Assembly (NCBI GenBank): GCA_963719985.1
Contig: CAVRDU010000005.1
Span: 770,817 to 834,816 of the forward strand
Direction: 5' to 3'
Origin: Candidatus Aminicenantes bacterium
GTDB taxonomy: Bacteria > Acidobacteriota > Aminicenantia > Aminicenantales > Saccharicenantaceae
DNA: 64,000 bases
Positions 60,146 through 64,000 of this stretch are shown here, in pieces. The position numbers and the translations under genes were made by a program. The notes beneath the pieces were generated by a model that did not search any database, had not been told where the DNA came from, and saw nothing but the letters and a program-made list of their open reading frames with translations. Positions within the stretch are counted from its first letter, which is position 1; each line of letters opens with the position of its first letter.

Positions 60146-61726
60146 TCATTCCCACTCGGCGCCGAGGCCAGAGAGCAGGGCCGCGTGCGTCGCGACGCCG
60201 TCGCGGAGGTTCCGGATCCTCAGGTTCTCGTTCGGCCCGTGCTGGTTGTTGTCGTGGTTGGCGATGGGGAGTAGCGCGATCGGGACGCCGAGGACGCGGT
60301 CGAAGAGCTCCATGGGGATACTGCCGCCGAGGGCCGGCATGACGACGAGAGTCCCGCCCGTGGCCGGACCGAGCGCCCGCACGAGGGCCCGCGAGAAGGG
60401 CGCGTCGAGGGGCGCGCGGTAGGCAGGATAGCCGCCTTCCCAGTCGAGCAGGACGAGCCGGGGCGTCCGGCGTTTCGTCTCCGCGTCGGGCGGCTCGTGG
60501 ACGATCGTCCAGCCGAGGCCCCGCAGATGGGCCTCGACGAGCTCCCGGACCCTCCCGGGCTTCTGGTCCGCGACGAGGCGGAAGTCGATCGAAGCGCGGG
60601 CCTCGGCCGGGACGGCGTTGGCGGCCTTCTCGGCGACGGCGCCGCTCGCGAGGCCGCGGACGTTGAGCGCCGGCCGCATGACGAGCTCCTCGAGGCGCAT
60701 TCCCTTCCCCTCGCTCCAGGCCAGGTCGAATTCGCGGAGGAGGTCCTCTTCGACCCGGGGGATAGAGGCCAGCGCCTCTCTGTCGGACGCGTCGAGGGGG
60801 CGGACGTCGTCGTAGAATCCCGCGACGCGGATCGTCCCGTCGCCGTCCCGCAGCGACGCCAGGATCCCGGCCAGCTGGGCCGCGGGATTGGGGGCCCAAT
60901 TTCCGTAATGGCCGCTGTGCAGGGCGTGGTTGGGACCGTAGACGGTCATCTCCAGGCCCATGACGCCGCGGGCCCCGAAGACGACCTGCGGCCGCCTGGT
61001 CTGATGGACGGGGCCGTCGCAGAGGACCATCCCGTCGGCCCGGAAGAGGTCCCTGTTGGCCGAGAGGATGGCCTCGAGATGGGGCGAGCCCGCTTCCTCC
61101 TCGCCCTCGAAGAGCGTCTTGACGTTGACCGAGAGAGGGACGCCCTCGGCCTTGAGACGGTCGAGCGCGGCCAGGAAGGCCGCGATCGTTCCCTTATCGT
61201 CGCTCGCGCCCCGGGCGTAGAGCCGCCACTCGTCCCCCTCGGGACCCGCGGGAATGCGGTCCAGCGGGACTATGGCCGCGCCGTCCTCGAGCCGGCCCGA
61301 GCGCAGGACCGGCGTCCAGGGATCGCTCGCCCAGCGCTCCGGATCGACGGGCTGGCCGTCGTAATGTGCGTAGACGAGGAGCGTCCGCCTGGCTCCGGGC
61401 GCCGTGAGCTCGCCGTAGACAACGGGCGGCGCCCCTTCCGCTTCGATGAGCCGGACGTCGAGGCCCCTCCGGCGCATCATCTCGGCCAAGCGCTCGGCGT
61501 TGCGGCGGATGTTGGCCGTATCCGAGGCGATGTTGGGGATGGCCAGGAGATCGGCCAGCTCGGCGAGCCCGGGCTCGGCGATCGCGGCCTCGGTAGCTTT
61601 GGCCGGGGGAGCCGCCGTCTCGGGTCCTTCCGCCTCGCGGCAGGCGCAGATGAGAACGAGCGGCAAAATGAGGGCCGCCGCGCCGGGTTTCTTGAAAGTT
61701 CGCAGCCCGCGGGTCCGTATGTTCAT
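60146..61726 (-). CDS. M20-family metallopeptidase (dipeptidase/ArgE-DapE-like), lipoprotein signal
   Basis: ATG at 61726 gives MNIRTRGLRTFKKPGAAALILPLVLICAC. M20 metal-binding blocks (YAHYDGQPVD, ARGASDDKG, FEGEEEAGS, PNENL). Confidence 0.8.
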   Translation of the reverse strand: MNIRTRGLRTFKKPGAAALILPLVLICACREAEGPETAAPPAKATEAAIAEPGLAELADLLAIPNIASDTANIRRNAERLAEMMRRRGLDVRLIEAEGAPPVVYGELTAPGARRTLLVYAHYDGQPVDPERWASDPWTPVLRSGRLEDGAAIVPLDRIPAGPEGDEWRLYARGASDDKGTIAAFLAALDRLKAEGVPLSVNVKTLFEGEEEAGSPHLEAILSANRDLFRADGMVLCDGPVHQTRRPQVVFGARGVMGLEMTVYGPNHALHSGHYGNWAPNPAAQLAGILASLRDGDGTIRVAGFYDDVRPLDASDREALASIPRVEEDLLREFDLAWSEGKGMRLEELVMRPALNVRGLASGAVAEKAANAVPAEARASIDFRLVADQKPGRVRELVEAHLRGLGWTIVHEPPDAETKRRTPRLVLLDWEGGYPAYRAPLDAPFSRALVRALGPATGGTLVVMPALGGSIPMELFDRVLGVPIALLPIANHDNNQHGPNENLRIRNLRDGVATHAALLSGLGAEWE

Positions 61727-61833
61727 GTCGGCCTCCCCATCCATTCATAAATGACCTTGCCCTGGCTGTCAAATCGCTTGACGCTCCCGAGCGGCGGTCG
61801 TGGAGAAGGAAGGGGGAGGAAACGAGCGAAGAC

Positions 61834-62759
61834 CTAAATCCCCGCAGGGTCAAGGGCGGCGGGAGGCGCGCTGACGACCTCGACTTCCCCGCTCTTCGTC
61901 GGATGGGGGAAGCGGAGCTTCCAGGCGTGAAGGAGGTAGCCGGTCGCGCCGGGGGTCGTCGTTCCATTCGTCGTCGAGGCCGCCCGCGCGAGGCATCCCG
62001 CCCGCGATATAGAGCGGATCGCCGACGAGCGGGTATCCGGCGTAGGCGAGGTGGATGCGGATCTGGTGGGGGCGTCCGGTCGGGATGGTCACCTCGAGCA
62101 GGGAGGCGTATCGCTTCGGGAAACCGGCGGACGACACGGACGTGGCTTGTCGACGGCCGGCCGTCGGGGCGATAGGCGTTGACGGTCTTGGGCAGACCGT
62201 GGGGCACCGGCCCGATGGGCGCGTCGACCGTGAACGCGTCCGGCATCGCGGTCCCCGAGGCCAGGGCCAGGTAGACCTTGAGGATGCGCCGCTCGAACAT
62301 GGCCGCGGCCAGCAGCCTCGCGGCGGCCCCGTTCCGCGTGAACAGGATGGCCCCGGAAGTGCCGCGGCCGAGGCGATGGAGCGGCGAACAGCTCGACCCG
62401 TAGCGCCCGCGGACGAGATGGAGCAGGGTCTTCTCGAGGAAGAAGCCGCCGGGAAGGACCGGCAGGCCGGAGGGCTTGTCGAGAACGAGGACGTCGTCGT
62501 CCTCGTGGAGGACCGCGAAATCCGTGGGCGCGGCCGGTTCCTCCCAGGGCAGGCGATGGTAGAGGAGCGCGTCGCCCCGGGCAAGGAGGTCATCGGGCGA
62601 TGCGGGCGATCCGTTGCGGCTGACCTGGCCCGCCTCGATCATGCGGCGCCACTCGGCTTCCGTCGAATGGAGGTAGCGCCGGGCGTAGAACGACAGAACT
62701 GTGGACCTTTCGTCGAGACGCGATACGCGGTCGGCGTAACTATAGCCCTTGTTCTTCAT
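61834..62759 (-). pseudogene. RluA-family pseudouridine synthase with two frameshifts
   Basis: N-terminal S4-like plus catalytic motif (HRLGRGTSGAILF) in the 61194..62759 frame. Continuation (LLEVTIPTGRPHQIRIHLAYAGYPLVGDPLY) in the 61850..62593 frame. C-terminus (GYLLHAWKLRFPHPTKSGEVEVVSAPPAALDPAGI*) in the third frame. Switches at about 62115 and about 61950. Confidence 0.65.
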
Positions 62760-62799
62760 GATGTCCAGAGGGGCAGTCCCCTCAGGCTCTTCCCGGCCA

Positions 62800-63366
62800 T
62801 CAGGCCTTCGAGGCGTACTCCCCCGTCCGCGTGTCGACCCGGATCGTCTCGCCGACGGCCATGTACTCGGGGACCTGGACGACGAGGCCGGTCGTGAGCG
62901 TCGCCGGCTTGGTCCTGGCCGTCACCGATCCGCCCTTGACCGAAGGCGCCGTCTCGACGATCTCCAGGTTGATGAAGGTCGGGATCTCCAGGCCCAGGAC
63001 GCGGCCCTCGGACGAGATGGCGATGACCCCGTCGACGCCCTCGCTGAGGTAAGGCCACTCGTCGGCGATCTCGTCCTTCGTCAGCGCGAACTGGCTGTAG
63101 TCCTGGAGGTCCATGAAGGTGATGCTCGACGCGTCCCCGAACAGCCACTGGACCGGCCGGCGCTCGAAATCGGCCTCGGCCAGGACGTCGTCGCCGCGGA
63201 GCGACTGGTCGACCTTGCGCTTCGTCTGGAGGTTGCGGAAGCGGATCTTGTAGAGCGTCACGGCGCCGCGGGCCGAGGGCGTCTGGACCTTGACCGTCTC
63301 GACGATGTGGGGATCGCCGTCGATCTTGACGACGTCGCCCTTCTTCAGGTCGGATGCGCTGAGCAC
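62800..63366 (-). CDS. efp: Elongation factor P
   Basis: 188 aa with the typical EF-P KOW-like plus two OB domains (KKGDVVKIDGDPHIV...KGGSVTARTKPATLTTG). Confidence 0.9.
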   Translation of the reverse strand: MLSASDLKKGDVVKIDGDPHIVETVKVQTPSARGAVTLYKIRFRNLQTKRKVDQSLRGDDVLAEADFERRPVQWLFGDASSITFMDLQDYSQFALTKDEIADEWPYLSEGVDGVIAISSEGRVLGLEIPTFINLEIVETAPSVKGGSVTARTKPATLTTGLVVQVPEYMAVGETIRVDTRTGEYASKA

Positions 63367-63375
63367 GGGAACGAT

Positions 63376-63781
63376 CTACTTCTTGATCTTGTAGCCCTCG
63401 ACGACCGTGCCCATGACGGTCATGACGCATTTGTCGATGACGCCCTGGTCGTTGCGGACGAACTGCAGCTTGTAGTACATGCCGTTCTGGGCCAGCGTGA
63501 CGTCGAAGCAGAGCGGCTCGCCCTCGACGGGGTGGATCTCCTCGGGCGTATCGCCGGGAGGGGCGCCGAAGAGCTTGCCGTCCTGCTCGATGAACTGGAC
63601 GGTCAGCGTCTCGCCCTGGACCGAGAACTCGTAATCGCCGACGATCTCGGCGAGGAGCTTTTTCATGTCCACGGGCTTTTCCTTGGCGGGGGTCTGGGCC
63701 GCGGCTTGAGCGGCGACGGGGGCGGCCAGGAAGGCCAGGGCGATAACGGCGTCGAAAACCAGGGCGAGAGCTTCTTTTCAT
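63376..63781 (-). CDS. Small secreted protein (about 135 aa) upstream of efp; a 1-nt indel separates the start codon from the body
   Basis: Track ORF 63376..63672 (MDMKKLLAEIVGDYEF...). The same frame extends upstream as a signal peptide (ALALVFDAVIALAFLAAPVAAQAAAQTPAKEKP). GGAGG-4nt-ATG at 63781 is one frame off. Removing one A from atgaaaagaAgc joins them as MKRALALVFDAV.... Confidence 0.5.
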
Positions 63782-64000
63782 TGATCCTCCAAGTCCAGAA
63801 AGATGGTCCTTCTTATCATACGATCCCGGACCTCGAGGTGTTCCGGGCTCGCCTCGTTAAACGGGTCTCTTCCCTTCCCGGGAGAATGACCCTTCACTTG
63901 GGCTTGGCGTCCAGGTTCTTCCAGTTGAGCAAGGCGTTGAAAACGAAGAAATAAGAGCCGTGCGTCTGGCTCCGCCAGGTCGGGTTGAAGCTGAACAGGA

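Noticed and set aside
1-64000. CRISPR arrays, tRNA/rRNA genes, transposases, integrases, phage genes
   Set aside because: No repeat-spacer periodicity, tRNA-like T-arm or cloverleaf candidates, or recognisable transposase, integrase or phage motifs were seen in any frame. AT-rich patches are short promoter-like regions, not IS ends.

Overview
High-GC (about 70%) bacterial chromosomal window with a dense mix of exoenzyme, transporter and envelope genes. The gene content (GWxTD-domain protein, VWFA-related Acidobacterial-domain protein, several sulfatase-like/TPR and CarbopepD-regulatory/TPR proteins, a CarbopepD-TonB receptor) suggests an Acidobacteria-like genome. This is an inference from gene content alone.

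Content by region:
- 0.8-10 kb: a GH127 beta-L-arabinofuranosidase translationally coupled to a partial QueG/RdhA-like 4Fe-4S protein; a TauE/SafE exporter; pyrE; and a complete TolC-MFP-AcrB RND efflux operon.
- 10-21 kb: an O-methyltransferase behind a long structured leader; CorA; a tandem pair of M14 carboxypeptidase paralogs, one catalytically degenerate; an M24 peptidase; a lipoprotein; a DUF1003 protein; and an ECF sigma / zinc-finger anti-sigma pair with an upstream exported protein.
- 21-37 kb: a disrupted FtsX-type permease; glpK; a GMC oxidoreductase; a MerR(tandem HTH)-B12-radical-SAM-ABC exporter-MFS cluster behind a strong AT-rich promoter; and a large glycoside hydrolase.
- 37-53 kb: a YdbH/AsmA-like plus DUF1318 (YdbL-like) pair, two sulfatase-like/TPR genes, a VWFA-related gene, a GWxTD/TPR gene, a CarbopepD/TPR gene and a TonB-dependent receptor.
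- 53-64 kb: a metallophosphoesterase-PQQ beta-propeller fusion; a TAT-exported FAD oxidoreductase; a lower-GC LMW-PTP/ArsC-like gene with a consensus promoter; a SAM methyltransferase; a DsbD_N-like/thioredoxin-like pair; an M20 peptidase; RluA; efp; and a small secreted protein.

No rRNA, tRNA, CRISPR array, transposase or integrase was recognised.

The main technical observation is that at least 9 genes between 21 and 64 kb carry single-nucleotide frameshifts, mostly in short G/C or A runs, whereas long genes in the first 21 kb are intact. This looks more like indel sequencing/assembly error (or an unusually pseudogene-rich region) than biology. Many of the very long ORFs in the six-frame track are antisense or read-through artefacts of the high GC content.
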